A stretch of 64,000 nt of DNA from an uncultured virus (IMG/VR IMGVR_UViG_3300010262_000280) (taxonomy: Duplodnaviria > Heunggongvirae > Uroviricota > Caudoviricetes): IMG/VR virus record IMGVR_UViG_3300010262_000280. One strand, given 5' to 3'. Below are positions 44,658 to 53,605 of the stretch, in pieces (the stretch's first letter is position 1; each line of letters starts with the position of its first letter). The position numbers and the translations under genes are program-made. The notes beneath the pieces were generated by a model. It was not told where the DNA came from, made no database searches, and saw only the letters and a list, made by a program, of their open reading frames with translations.

Positions 44658-45385
44658 AGGCTTTCCTCGCTGGCGTACATCTGGTGGAGCTGCTGCAGGT
44701 CGTCCATAGCGCTCCCGCTGGCGCTCGGTCGGCTGCCGTTGCCGCCACGGATGCCCCAGCGTTCACGGCTGCACTTCCGAATGACAAGATTCCAGTCGCG
44801 CCACTTGTTCTTGTTGCCGTGCATTTGAGCGGACTCGTCTATGTAGTCGATGCAGCGAGTCAACTCTTCTTCGCCGAGGTCGTCGATCAGCCGGGCGTAT
44901 TCCTCTTCGGTGAGCCGCACCCATCCATGCGCGCCGTGCTTATGGCGGGGGACCTCGGGGCGGTCATCTTCTGCAGCGTTATACTGCGCCGTTACGGTAG
45001 AGCGCTCGTTGTAGCGCGCTGCCAGGTACTCGCGGAAACGATCGTTCTTGACCTTGCGAATCTCGCCCAGCAGCGGCTTGTTGAGCTTTTCGGACGTCGA
45101 CCAGTTGTATCGACCCCAGTTGAGGATCAGCAGTTCCTTGGTCTGCGCGCTGTACCGAATGACATTGTGCGCGCTATCCAGGCGTTTCAGCAGGCGTTCC
45201 ACGGAATCGTTGTTGTACCCTGTCTCGTTGGCAATTTGCTTGATGCTGACCTCGTAACAGCCGCAGAGATTGGTGTGCGGATTGGTCATGCAGTAGAGAT
45301 AGATGTACCGATCCTCGGGCGTGAAGTCATCGACGACCTTGCTGTCCGTCCAAAAGTCCATGCTGATATTCCGATAGCTCGCCAT
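44654..45385 (-). CDS. Phage replication initiator / replisome organizer
   Basis: YRNISMDFWTD...LYCMTNPHTNLCGCYE...NWGRYNW N-domain; VRLTEEEY C-domain. Confidence 0.8.
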   Translation of the reverse strand: MASYRNISMDFWTDSKVVDDFTPEDRYIYLYCMTNPHTNLCGCYEVSIKQIANETGYNNDSVERLLKRLDSAHNVIRYSAQTKELLILNWGRYNWSTSEKLNKPLLGEIRKVKNDRFREYLAARYNERSTVTAQYNAAEDDRPEVPRHKHGAHGWVRLTEEEYARLIDDLGEEELTRCIDYIDESAQMHGNKNKWRDWNLVIRKCSRERWGIRGGNGSRPSASGSAMDDLQQLHQMYASEESL

Positions 45386-45435
45386 AGTGTTCACCTCCTT
45401 CGGTGGGCTGTCGCCCGGTTTCCCGGGCGACCATA

Positions 45436-45942
45436 TCAGAACGGAAGCTCGCCGTCGTCCTCACTGACTTCCGCAAAGTCACCGCCGTAATCCGACGCAG
45501 GATAGCCTCCGGAGGCCGCGCCATAGGAGGAGCCGCCCGGCGCACCGTAGCTCGGCCCCTGCTGGGGGTAACCTCCCTGCGGAGCATAACCACCTTGCGG
45601 ATAACCGCTGCCGTCACCGTCGCGTTTGGAATCCCCGAAGTAAACATTGTCGGCTACAATCTCGGCGGACCGACGCTTGTTGCCATTGTTGTCCTGCCAG
45701 TCGCGGATCTGCAGCCGCCCCTCGACGACCGCCATGCGTCCCTTGCTGAAATATTTGCAGACGAATTCAGCGGTCTGGCGCCAGGCAACGATGTCGATGA
45801 AATCTGTTTCCTTTTCCCCGGACTGGCTTTTGAAATCGCGGTCGCAGGCGACGGAGAAGCTGGTCACAGAAAGACCGGACTGCGTACGGCGCAGTTCCGG
45901 GTCACGGGTCAGTCGGCCCATGACAACAATCTTATTCAGCAT
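45436..45942 (-). CDS. ssb: Single-stranded DNA-binding protein
   Basis: GRLTRDPELR, VEGRLQ, acidic DDGELPF tail. Confidence 0.95.
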   Translation of the reverse strand: MLNKIVVMGRLTRDPELRRTQSGLSVTSFSVACDRDFKSQSGEKETDFIDIVAWRQTAEFVCKYFSKGRMAVVEGRLQIRDWQDNNGNKRRSAEIVADNVYFGDSKRDGDGSGYPQGGYAPQGGYPQQGPSYGAPGGSSYGAASGGYPASDYGGDFAEVSEDDGELPF

Positions 45943-46204
45943 CGTTTCCCGCCTCCGGTGCTCCCTCGGCATTGAGGGCAGCCGCCGACACTTTCTGCCA
46001 TGCCGCTTTTCTTGCCTCCTGAATGGCGGCGAGAACTCTGTCGACATTGTAGCTGTTCTCTCCCTTGATGGTCGCTTCCAGCACATCACGCTCCGTTTCG
46101 GCGCGGATCAGCTCCTCGTAGCGATCCTGCGGAACGAGGACAAAGCCGGGGTCAAGCATCAGGTCAGCGACCAGCTCAGCGGGGGTCTTTTTGGTATCTT
46201 CCAT
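45932..46204 (-). CDS. Hypothetical protein
   Basis: AAAGGAG RBS. Confidence 0.6.
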   Translation of the reverse strand: MEDTKKTPAELVADLMLDPGFVLVPQDRYEELIRAETERDVLEATIKGENSYNVDRVLAAIQEARKAAWQKVSAAALNAEGAPEAGNDAE

Positions 46205-46586
46205 AACGGTCTCCTTTCGTTTCTTTCTCAATGATTTCGATGGCCTTGCGGCACTGGCCGACATCAAACATTCCGATGTGGGTCTTCTCCACGGGCAAGC
46301 CCATCTTCTGGGCAAGCCACGCATAGGCCGCGTTGCGATGGCCGCGAAAGCGGCCATACTTCCACAGAGGGTCAAATACGGCGTGTGCAGCCTTTTTCCA
46401 ATTCCGCAGTTCCGCATTGGCAAGGCGGCCGAGGGGCTTATCCGTCCCCTTATGCACACCGACGTATGCCATGCAGTTCCGGCAGAGATAGATTTTGCCG
46501 TAGCTCTTGCCGTAGATGACCTTGCTGTCGACATACTCAGTCTCTCGACCGCAGTAGTCGCAATAAACTTTCCTCACGGATGCCAT
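46176..46586 (-). CDS. Zinc-finger protein (DUF3268-like)
   Basis: CDYCG...CRNCMAYVGVH...PLGRLA...FDPLW...HIGMF. Confidence 0.8.
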   Translation of the reverse strand: MASVRKVYCDYCGRETEYVDSKVIYGKSYGKIYLCRNCMAYVGVHKGTDKPLGRLANAELRNWKKAAHAVFDPLWKYGRFRGHRNAAYAWLAQKMGLPVEKTHIGMFDVGQCRKAIEIIEKETKGDRYGRYQKDPR

Positions 46587-47113
46587 GCCTCCTTGTATCT
46601 GGCGATCTGCTCGGGGGTGTCGGTTTCGATGCCGACCTCCTGGCACTCGGAAATGATGCCGTCCAGAAAGACGCTCATTTCTTTCGTGGAATATTCGCTG
46701 GTGCCTTTGATCGCCCGGTAATGAATGAACTTCTTCCCCTCGACATAACCGACGCCGGTTTCGGCATAGTGGCGCGCCACCAGCGCGGGCGGTACGCCCT
46801 CCCGCAGGGAGAACAACACCTTGCACTCGTTTCCGGCCTCGTCGGTGTATGTCTCGCCGGTGCCGTAGCGCCGGAGCATTTCCTCGTAAACGGAGTCCTT
46901 GTCCGACTTCACAGCGACGGCCAGTTTCTCAATCAGCGACCATGCGTAGTTGTTCGCGTTGAGGCTTCGGGGGATGACGCGCCTTTTGATGGAGAATGTA
47001 ATCTCCTGATCGCCGAGCGCGTCCCACAGCTTCTTGCAGCTCTCTCTGGTCGTGATGGTCAGCACGCTTTCTCCGGTACGGGAGAACGACCAGTCTTTCA
47101 GCTTGCCGTTCAT
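46574..47113 (-). CDS. NinB-like recombination protein
   Basis: RSLNANNYAW, GTSEYSTKEM. Confidence 0.7.
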   Translation of the reverse strand: MNGKLKDWSFSRTGESVLTITTRESCKKLWDALGDQEITFSIKRRVIPRSLNANNYAWSLIEKLAVAVKSDKDSVYEEMLRRYGTGETYTDEAGNECKVLFSLREGVPPALVARHYAETGVGYVEGKKFIHYRAIKGTSEYSTKEMSVFLDGIISECQEVGIETDTPEQIARYKEAWHP

Positions 47114-47721
47114 AGCGTCGCCCACTTCTCCTGGTATACCTGCATCAGATCGGTCGCGCGCAGCCAGTCGAGGAAATCGGAAATGACAGGAAAAATACTG
47201 GGCGCTTCCTCACGGCGGTACGTTTCCGGCCATACCGCACTCCCGTTGCTGGCAAGATAGGTGAACTGCCGTGCTTCAGGAATCAGCTCGAAGTAGGTGG
47301 GGTGCTGTGTGCTGGAAAAGAACTTTCCGGTGTCGTAGCTCTTGGTAAATTTGATGTCGATGATCTCCCCAGCTTTCAGACAGTCCAGACGGCCATACAG
47401 AAGCAGGCTCACGCCGCCGACCTCGATGGTCTTTTTGACCTTGTATTGGAGGACGCCTCCGGCGCAGCGCCGGGCGACCTTTTCTGCGGCGGCATACCAC
47501 GGATCGTTGGGGTCGGCGCGGCCGTCGATGATGTCTGTCACCATATCCTCGAACTTGATGCCGTTCTGCATGGCCTCCGTGGTCGGCGTCGGCTCACGGC
47601 GCAGCGTCTGCATGAATTCGCCCATCGGATCGCGCTCTGTCGTCATGTCCTCGTAGGGGTTTTCCTTCATGGTGTAGAGCCAGGACGCCAACAGGGAATG
47701 GGTCATCAGGTAGCGTCCCAT
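47110..47721 (-). CDS. PD-(D/E)XK exonuclease-like protein
   Basis: YGRLDCL...IIDIKF...QHPTY; next to Sak4-like gene. Confidence 0.7.
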   Translation of the reverse strand: MGRYLMTHSLLASWLYTMKENPYEDMTTERDPMGEFMQTLRREPTPTTEAMQNGIKFEDMVTDIIDGRADPNDPWYAAAEKVARRCAGGVLQYKVKKTIEVGGVSLLLYGRLDCLKAGEIIDIKFTKSYDTGKFFSSTQHPTYFELIPEARQFTYLASNGSAVWPETYRREEAPSIFPVISDFLDWLRATDLMQVYQEKWATL

Positions 47722-48678
47722 TTACTCCGCCTCCTTTGCCTCCTCGGGCGCGGGCGTGTATTTCTTCAAAACCTTGTCGAAGAACAGGCCGCGTTCCTTG
47801 ATCTTTTTGTTCCAGAGAACGCCCAGCTCCTTGTTGGAGGTCAGCGCGTGCTTGAGGGCCTGATACTTCGGCATAGCAGCGTTGGCAGTGTCGGCGTCGA
47901 CAATGCTGGCGATGATGGCCGTACCCTCAACCATCGCGGCCTCGTATACCGCCTGATCAACAGCGTTCTGCTCGACCTCGGCAGTGGCCTTGGCGTTGTA
48001 CTCGGCGAACAACTTCGTCAGAAAATCGTTCGGGCTGGTCGGGCCGAGCGCGGGGATCTTGCGAATGCCGGAGATACCGCGCGTACCCTTGGCAAAGTAA
48101 CGCTCGCAGTTGGAGAAGCCGATGGTGCGGTCGTTGCCGTAGATCTCCACGAAACCGCCCAGGTCCATAGGCTCCCAAACGTTGTTCTTGGTCTGGCCCT
48201 CGACCTTGATGCGGAGGCGGGTATTGTCGCCGTCCTTTTCCTCGGTGGCGTGGAACACGATGACAATGTTCTTCTGAAGCTCATAGAAGCAGTAGTCCAT
48301 CAGCCGGACAAATTCCTTGCCGACGAAACCGTAGCCCTTGAGGGAGAGGCTGCCGTCGCGCTGGCCATACTTCGGGTCTTTCTTGATGGCCCACAGGGAC
48401 ATGAGGGAGATCAGCTTGCCGCCGGTATCGAAAACCAGCGTGTCGAAGTCCTGAAGATTGATAGGGGTGAGATCGCCGAGGATCTCGTCGTAGCTCTGGG
48501 GCTGGATGTACGGCTTGCGGTAGCGCGGCTCGATGCGGTCGATACCGAAGTCAACGTCGATGTGCAGGGGATTGGGGGCAGACAGCGCCAGAGTGGATTT
48601 TCCGATGCCGGGATAACCGGCGATCAGCATACGGATTTTCTTCGCGCCCTCCTGGATGTCGTTCGGGTTTCTGATCAT
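47722..48678 (-). CDS. AAA_24 NTP-binding protein (Sak4-like annealase)
   Basis: AGYPGIGKST Walker A, LVFDT, FHATE. Confidence 0.85.
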   Translation of the reverse strand: MIRNPNDIQEGAKKIRMLIAGYPGIGKSTLALSAPNPLHIDVDFGIDRIEPRYRKPYIQPQSYDEILGDLTPINLQDFDTLVFDTGGKLISLMSLWAIKKDPKYGQRDGSLSLKGYGFVGKEFVRLMDYCFYELQKNIVIVFHATEEKDGDNTRLRIKVEGQTKNNVWEPMDLGGFVEIYGNDRTIGFSNCERYFAKGTRGISGIRKIPALGPTSPNDFLTKLFAEYNAKATAEVEQNAVDQAVYEAAMVEGTAIIASIVDADTANAAMPKYQALKHALTSNKELGVLWNKKIKERGLFFDKVLKKYTPAPEEAKEAE

Positions 48679-48692
48679 GGTGATAGCTCCTT

Positions 48693-48950
48693 TCAGTTGG
48701 TAGCGGCTTCGCGCCGCAGAGTGATGATTTCGTGGCACCGGAAGCCGAAATTGCTTTCCCGGTACATTTCGGTCAGCTTGAACTTCTCCTCGTCATAGAT
48801 GCTGGAGCAATTCACTAAGCCCTCTGTCTTATCTGGGTGATAGGCACGGAACGCCGCGCAGGCCGCGTGAGCGTCCGGTGCTTCGACCTCAGTCCAGCCG
48901 CCGAAAAACGGCTGACCGTCCGTGCCGTAGGTAAAATAGAACTTTGCCAT
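48693..48950 (-). CDS. Hypothetical protein
   Basis: FYFTYG motif; coupling. Confidence 0.65.
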   Translation of the reverse strand: MAKFYFTYGTDGQPFFGGWTEVEAPDAHAACAAFRAYHPDKTEGLVNCSSIYDEEKFKLTEMYRESNFGFRCHEIITLRREAATN

Positions 48951-49330
48951 TATCGCGCCTCGCTTTCCCACTTGATGCCGCCGCCGCTCAGACTGACGGC
49001 CATTGCGCCGAGGAATTTGACGTCGTCCTCGTCCAGCCCGATAAAGTCTCTCTCGCCAGGCGTGGTGAAGCCTTCTTTGAGAATCACGATGTTTCCGACA
49101 ATGGGATTTCCGTGGCGCACGGTATCGTAGAGAATGCAGCCGAATAAATTGAGCGGCAGACCGTGCAGCAGTCCTTCCTCGTTGACGACCATGCAGAACG
49201 GATCGGGTAGGCCCTTCGGGTGTACGACCTCGATCCATCCGCCGACAGCCTTTCCGATGGTCTCATAGGCAGGCTCGCCGAACTCCCTGACCTGCATCTT
49301 GTTTTCGGTAGTGATAACCAGTCCTTTCAT
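48950..49330 (-). CDS. DUF3846-like protein
   Basis: AVGGWIEVV, VNEEGLL..LPLN, IVGNIV. Confidence 0.75.
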   Translation of the reverse strand: MKGLVITTENKMQVREFGEPAYETIGKAVGGWIEVVHPKGLPDPFCMVVNEEGLLHGLPLNLFGCILYDTVRHGNPIVGNIVILKEGFTTPGERDFIGLDEDDVKFLGAMAVSLSGGGIKWESEAR

Positions 49331-49548
49331 CAATGCTCCTTTCCGGGGAAGCACTCCGGCTCCTCCCATGCGTCGGACTGCTTGATGCAGATATCGCAGC
49401 CGACGATATTCAAATCTTTGTCTCTGAAAATTTCCTCGCACTCTTCACCACAGACGGGGCAAATCGGGAAGGTCGGCTCCTTGCCGTCCGGGTAGCCGGT
49501 GCGCTCCATGTTTTGGATAACGGGGTGGTCAGGCAGATCGTAGTTCAT
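49330..49548 (-). CDS. Small Zn-ribbon protein
   Basis: CPVCGEEC...GCDIC. Confidence 0.7.
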   Translation of the reverse strand: MNYDLPDHPVIQNMERTGYPDGKEPTFPICPVCGEECEEIFRDKDLNIVGCDICIKQSDAWEEPECFPGKEH

Positions 49549-49922
49549 TCGGTTTCACCTGCCTCTGCGATGTAGCGGCGGACGGTGGCGGTCAGCCAGT
49601 CCTGTGTGGTGGCGTAGCCCTCAGCCTCTATCAGCCGTTGCAACGCCTCGTAGTCGGCGGTTTCGAGCCTTGCCGAGATACGACAGGTCAGCCGGTGCGC
49701 GTCCTTTTTGACCGCTTTGCGGCCCTCTGCCAGCTCCGGCGCGAAGTGCGCGTAGAGCGCCGCCATCGCGTCTGGCCGCAGGCTCACGCCGTAGGCGTCT
49801 CCGTTCTCGCACTTGCTTTGAACGGTCTTGTCGTACTTTGGGTAGATGGCTTGTACCACCGCGACCATATCCTTGGCCGGTATCTGCTTGGAAAGCCGGA
49901 GCTCTCTCAGCTCTTCAGCCAC
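49545..49922 (-). CDS. HTH-like DNA-binding protein
   Basis: AAGGAGG RBS before GTG 49922. Confidence 0.65.
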   Translation of the reverse strand: MAEELRELRLSKQIPAKDMVAVVQAIYPKYDKTVQSKCENGDAYGVSLRPDAMAALYAHFAPELAEGRKAVKKDAHRLTCRISARLETADYEALQRLIEAEGYATTQDWLTATVRRYIAEAGETE

Positions 49923-50107
49923 GGTCGCACCTCCTTTGTTCTTGACGCGGCTCGACCCGGCTGGTAAACTGTGTACGGGTATCCATTTGCCTGAGTCCGT
50001 TCCCGTTGCGCCGGGGCGGACTCTTTTTTCGTTTCCGCGCGGCAATCACAGGCCTCGCCGGGGTCGTTATTACTGCCGCAGTAAGGGCAAGTCCGGTAAT
50101 ATGCCAT
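49907..50107 (-). CDS. Small Zn-binding protein (CPYCGSNNDPGEACDC)
   Basis: Motif; AAAGGAG RBS. Confidence 0.6.
   Translation of the reverse strand: MAYYRTCPYCGSNNDPGEACDCRAETKKESAPAQRERTQANGYPYTVYQPGRAASRTKEVRPWLKS
49942..50029 (+). ncRNA. Putative antisense sRNA unit in early operon of prophage 1
   Basis: TTGACG(49942-47)-17-TAAACT(49965-70) with extended TG; hairpin 49993-50023 + T6. Confidence 0.5.
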
Positions 50108-50112
50108 CTTCA

Positions 50113-50352
50113 TCACTCCTTTCGAATTGCTGCAGCCTCGGCCGCTTTCATTGTGGCAACCTGTTCGTCCAGCCATTCCGCATTGCCGGGAACAGCTAAA
50201 AATGCTTTGAAACACTCCAGCGTCTTTGCTGCAAGGTGCATACGGACGTGCTCGGGGATCAGCGATGTGTCGATTTTGATTTCATCGGTCAGCTCGCCTT
50301 CGAGGGATATTCGGCGGTCATCCTGGCTGGCGCTTCCGGGCAAAGTGCTCAC
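50113..50352 (-). CDS. Hypothetical early protein
   Basis: AAGGAGG upstream; start uncertain. Confidence 0.55.
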   Translation of the reverse strand: MSTLPGSASQDDRRISLEGELTDEIKIDTSLIPEHVRMHLAAKTLECFKAFLAVPGNAEWLDEQVATMKAAEAAAIRKE

Positions 50353-50364
50353 CTCCTTACATAC

Positions 50365-50736
50365 TGTTTAGCCGATTAAACACCCTTGGTAAAAAAAATA
50401 CGGTCTACGGTGGTATCGAGCGCCTGCGCAAGTTTGACCAGCGTCTTCGAGGTTGTCGTTCGGTCGATGCCATTTTCAAGGGCAGAAATAGTCCCACGGC
50501 TTACTCCGCTCTTCTCTGCCAGCTCTTCCTGCGTCATTTTCATGGCTTCGCGCAGTTCCTTAATCTTGTAGCCCATGCCGTTTCCTCCTTTCTTGGTTGA
50601 CGGAAGTGTTCAACCGATTACACAGACATACTACACTATGCACAAGAGCGTGTCAAGTGGGTTGCACAAAAAATGTTCAATAAATTTCACAGCCGCATTG
50701 ACACCGGCCGCACCTCAATGTATAATGTATTAAACA
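50365..50736. promoter_or_regulatory. Immunity switch of prophage 1: two divergent promoters and five 18-bp TGT-N12-ACA operators
   Basis: Operators at 50365-82, 50607-24, 50651-68, 50674-91, 50719-36; + TTGACA(50698)-17-TATAAT(50721); - TTGACA(50656-51)-17-TAGTAT(50633-28). Confidence 0.8.
50376..50576 (-). CDS. Cro-like HTH repressor
   Basis: TQEELAEKSGVSRGTISALENG; divergent from CI. Confidence 0.88.
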   Translation of the reverse strand: MGYKIKELREAMKMTQEELAEKSGVSRGTISALENGIDRTTTSKTLVKLAQALDTTVDRIFFTKGV

Positions 50737-50755
50737 AATTTAGGGGGACATTCTC

Positions 50756-51166
50756 ATGACGCTCAGTGATTTCGTGAAGGAATATCGCAAAGAACACGAC
50801 TTGTCGCAGCGCCAGTTTGCGGCTATCTGCGGTCTGTCAAACGGCTATATTTCCATGCTGGAGAGAAACTTGAACCCTAAGACCGGACTTCCGCTAACGC
50901 CATCTCTGCCGGCTCTCAAAAAGATTTCCACAGCTATGGGGATGTCTCTGGGAGATCTTCTCACGGCCGTGGACGATATGCCCATCGATCTGCTGTCGGA
51001 TATTTCCGAGGACTGCGCAAATGAATTGTCCGCCCTCACGAAAGAGGGCGGACCTATGGACGATATGGATATTGCGCTTACGACGCTTATTCTCCAACTT
51101 TCTCCCGAGAAGAAAGCGGAGGCTCTTCACTATCTTCAGTACCTCGCCAACCGGCAAGAAGGCTGA
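50756..51166 (+). CDS. CI-like HTH repressor (no S24 domain)
   Basis: LSQRQFAAICGLSNGYISMLE. Confidence 0.85.
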   Translation: MTLSDFVKEYRKEHDLSQRQFAAICGLSNGYISMLERNLNPKTGLPLTPSLPALKKISTAMGMSLGDLLTAVDDMPIDLLSDISEDCANELSALTKEGGPMDDMDIALTTLILQLSPEKKAEALHYLQYLANRQEG

Positions 51167-51390
51167 TTGCCTCTCTCTTTCTGTCCTGGGCCAGTTTTTC
51201 CACAATCCGAAGTATTGCGGCTGCTTCTTTGCTCGAAGGCATCTAATCAACTCCAATCGTATATTCTTGCCGGTGGTGTATGTAAGGATTGTAACAGAAA
51301 TACACACGCTTTTGATCGAAAAGAAATAAAATCACTTTTGACAAACAACGACATTTTGTTGCTGTATGATGGGAAATTGGAGGTAATTTT

Positions 51391-51648
51391 ATGATCATCA
51401 CGACCACACTATCTGTCGAAGGACGCACGGTCTCCGAATATCTCGGCATCGTATCGGCGGCGCAAGTCATGGTCATGCCCGGCGGGAACAAGGGTGTGCA
51501 GCGCGGCTGGCAGGCTGGTGTCGATGGAGCGACGGAAATCCTGTTGCAACAAGCGGCATCTCTTGGCGCGGATGCCGTTGTCGGGGTAAGCTACACACCT
51601 TTCGGTATGAATATCTGCGCGACCGGGACAGCTGTCCGCTTAATTTAA
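51391..51648 (+). CDS. YbjQ/UPF0145-like protein
   Basis: MIITTT..VEG...EYLGIV...LGADAVVGV...ATGTAV. Confidence 0.8.
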   Translation: MIITTTLSVEGRTVSEYLGIVSAAQVMVMPGGNKGVQRGWQAGVDGATEILLQQAASLGADAVVGVSYTPFGMNICATGTAVRLI

Positions 51649-51654
51649 GTCCAT

Positions 51655-51820
51655 ATTCCGATACCCTATGGATAGGGTATCTATACCGTATCCATACCGT
51701 ACCGATACCTCGCGTGCGCGCGTGCGTGTGCGCGCGATCGTGCGCGCACTGTCTCTGTACCTGTATCTGTATCTGAGACTGTATCTGTAATCTGTTTCTG
51801 ATTCTGAATATCTACTACTG
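51655..51820. repeat. Iteron-like/low-complexity block, candidate replication origin
   Basis: Inverted repeat GATACCCTAT-GG-ATAGGGTATC (51660-81), ATACC(C/G)TA repeats, alternating purine-pyrimidine run 51711-36, (CTGTAT)-like hexamers. Confidence 0.55.
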
Positions 51821-51841
51821 CAAATCTATCGTTAGAAGGGG

Positions 51842-53605
51842 GTGGCGCTGTTGCCGAGAAAACCTGCAAAGCACCCGGCGAAGCCGAAGCGGGGCAAGAA
51901 GCTGGAAGTCGAAGAGCCGGGCGTTCTCTACGGTCGGTACAGCAGTCACAACCAGAAGGATATTTCCGTAGAGCAGCAGTTTGAAAAGGGCTACGAGCTG
52001 GCGGCGGAGTATGGCATCAGGATCATTGACACCTATGCCGACCGCGCCGTTTCCGGCCGCACCGACAAGCGCCGTGACTTCCAGCGCATGATGACTGACG
52101 CCGCAAAAGGGAAGTTCCGCTATGTAATCGCGTGGAAGTCTAACCGCATGGGGCGCAATATGCTGGAGGCTCTGATCAACGAAGCTCGGCTTCAGGATCT
52201 GGGCGTTCGCGTTCTCTATGTGGAGGAGGATTTCGACGATACTGCGGCTGGACGCTTCGCCGCCCGCTCGATGATGAATGTCAACCAGTTCTATTCCGAG
52301 AACATGGCCGAGGACATCAAGCGCGGCCTGTATGACAACGCCGCGAATTGCATGGTGGCGAACGGCCATCTGCCCTACGGCTATAAAGCGGACGAAACGC
52401 TGCACTATGCCATCGACGAGCCGAAGGCTGCGGTTATCCGGGAGATATTCACTCGCGTTTCCTGCGGTGAGGCTTTCGTTGATATCATGGCCAGCCTGAA
52501 TGCCCGGGGAATCAAGACCTCGTACGGTCGCCCGTGGGGGCGGTCGAGCTTTCAGAGGATACTTTCCAATGAGAGATACCGCGGCATTTATATTTACGGC
52601 GATGTCCGCAAAGAGGGCGGAATACCGAGAATCGTCAGTGACGAGCTTTACTTCAAGGTCCAGGAGGTGATCACCACGAAGAAGAATCCGCAAGGGCGTC
52701 ACCGCGTCAATGGTGACTATCTGCTTACCGGCAAGCTGTTCTGCGGACACTGCAAAAGTCCAATGACCGGCATCTCCGGCACCAGTCGCTCTGGCAACCT
52801 GCATTACTACTACGTCTGCCAGAAGCGTCGCACGGAAAAAACCTGCGAGAAGAAAAACCTGCGACGGGACGACATCGAGCTTCAGGTAGCAAAGGCGATC
52901 AAACGCCGCACACTGGATGATGATACGATCAACTGGATTGCCGACAGCGTGGTCGAGTATAGCCAGCATCAGGAAAGCGCAAGCGGGATCGGGCTTTTGG
53001 AGGACCAGCTGAAGGACACGCAGCGCAGTATCAAAAATCTCATGGCGGCGATAGAGCAGGGCATCATCACGCCTACCACAAAAGCCCGTCTCATGGAGTT
53101 GGAAAAGGAACAGTCGGACATTGATCGGAAAATCACAATGGCAAAAGCTGACGTCATTCCTGTCAACAGAGATCAGCTTGTAGGGTGGCTGAAAAAGTTG
53201 CAGGCCGGAGATGTCCACGATAAGAAATACCAAGCGGAGTTATTCGACACTTTCTTGATTGCAGTCTATGTCTACGACAACCCGGACGGTCAGGACTACA
53301 TGAAGGTCGTATTCAACTACGCAGGAAGTAAAAACACGGTTGAGATCCCGCTGGATCCATCGGTTATCGACAATGTAGAAAATATCGAAACGGGCGCTGT
53401 TCGTTTAAGCTCTGCCCAGGTCCACCAAAAATCCCAGTCTCGAAAAGAGACTGGGATTTCTTGCTTTACGGGAAAACAACTGCACTGCAAGGGATTGCTC
53501 TGGCGGCTTCCCCCTTTCTCTTTGCTCATATACTACAACACTGTACAGAGAAAATCAAGAAAATATCACACGAAAGAAGGAAATGCAACACGAAATATCA
53601 CATAG
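51842..53605 (+). CDS. Large serine recombinase (integrase of prophage 1); C-terminus probably reads through attR
   Basis: YGRYSS catalytic motif, PYGY, YLLTGKLFCGHC...YYVC Zn ribbon, coiled coil. Confidence 0.93.
   Translation: MALLPRKPAKHPAKPKRGKKLEVEEPGVLYGRYSSHNQKDISVEQQFEKGYELAAEYGIRIIDTYADRAVSGRTDKRRDFQRMMTDAAKGKFRYVIAWKSNRMGRNMLEALINEARLQDLGVRVLYVEEDFDDTAAGRFAARSMMNVNQFYSENMAEDIKRGLYDNAANCMVANGHLPYGYKADETLHYAIDEPKAAVIREIFTRVSCGEAFVDIMASLNARGIKTSYGRPWGRSSFQRILSNERYRGIYIYGDVRKEGGIPRIVSDELYFKVQEVITTKKNPQGRHRVNGDYLLTGKLFCGHCKSPMTGISGTSRSGNLHYYYVCQKRRTEKTCEKKNLRRDDIELQVAKAIKRRTLDDDTINWIADSVVEYSQHQESASGIGLLEDQLKDTQRSIKNLMAAIEQGIITPTTKARLMELEKEQSDIDRKITMAKADVIPVNRDQLVGWLKKLQAGDVHDKKYQAELFDTFLIAVYVYDNPDGQDYMKVVFNYAGSKNTVEIPLDPSVIDNVENIETGAVRLSSAQVHQKSQSRKETGISCFTGKQLHCKGLLWRLPPFSLLIYYNTVQRKSRKYHTKEGNATRNIT
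53415..53427 (+). other. tRNA/tmRNA-like 3' end, candidate att core
   Basis: CCCAGGTCCACCA directly followed by a strong terminator, between two integrases. Confidence 0.5.
53429..53459. terminator. Intrinsic terminator (13-bp stem)
   Basis: AAATCCCAGTCTC-GAAAA-GAGACTGGGATTT. Confidence 0.75.

Larger units (their letters stand above)
1..53427. mobile_element. Prophage 1 (myovirus: lambda-like head, P2-like contractile tail, DGR, serine integrase); left end outside window
   Basis: Continuous run of lysis, tail, head, packaging, replication, immunity and integrase modules. The right boundary is inferred from a tRNA-like 3' end TCCACCA plus terminator at 53421-53459. Confidence 0.9.

Noticed and set aside
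47110..47721. Nuclease as Cas4 of a CRISPR system
   Set aside because: No cas genes or array; it sits in a standard Sak4/SSB recombination module
51681..51869. 62-aa - strand ORF with TDT/ARA repeats
   Set aside because: Product of the low-complexity origin-like DNA; no RBS
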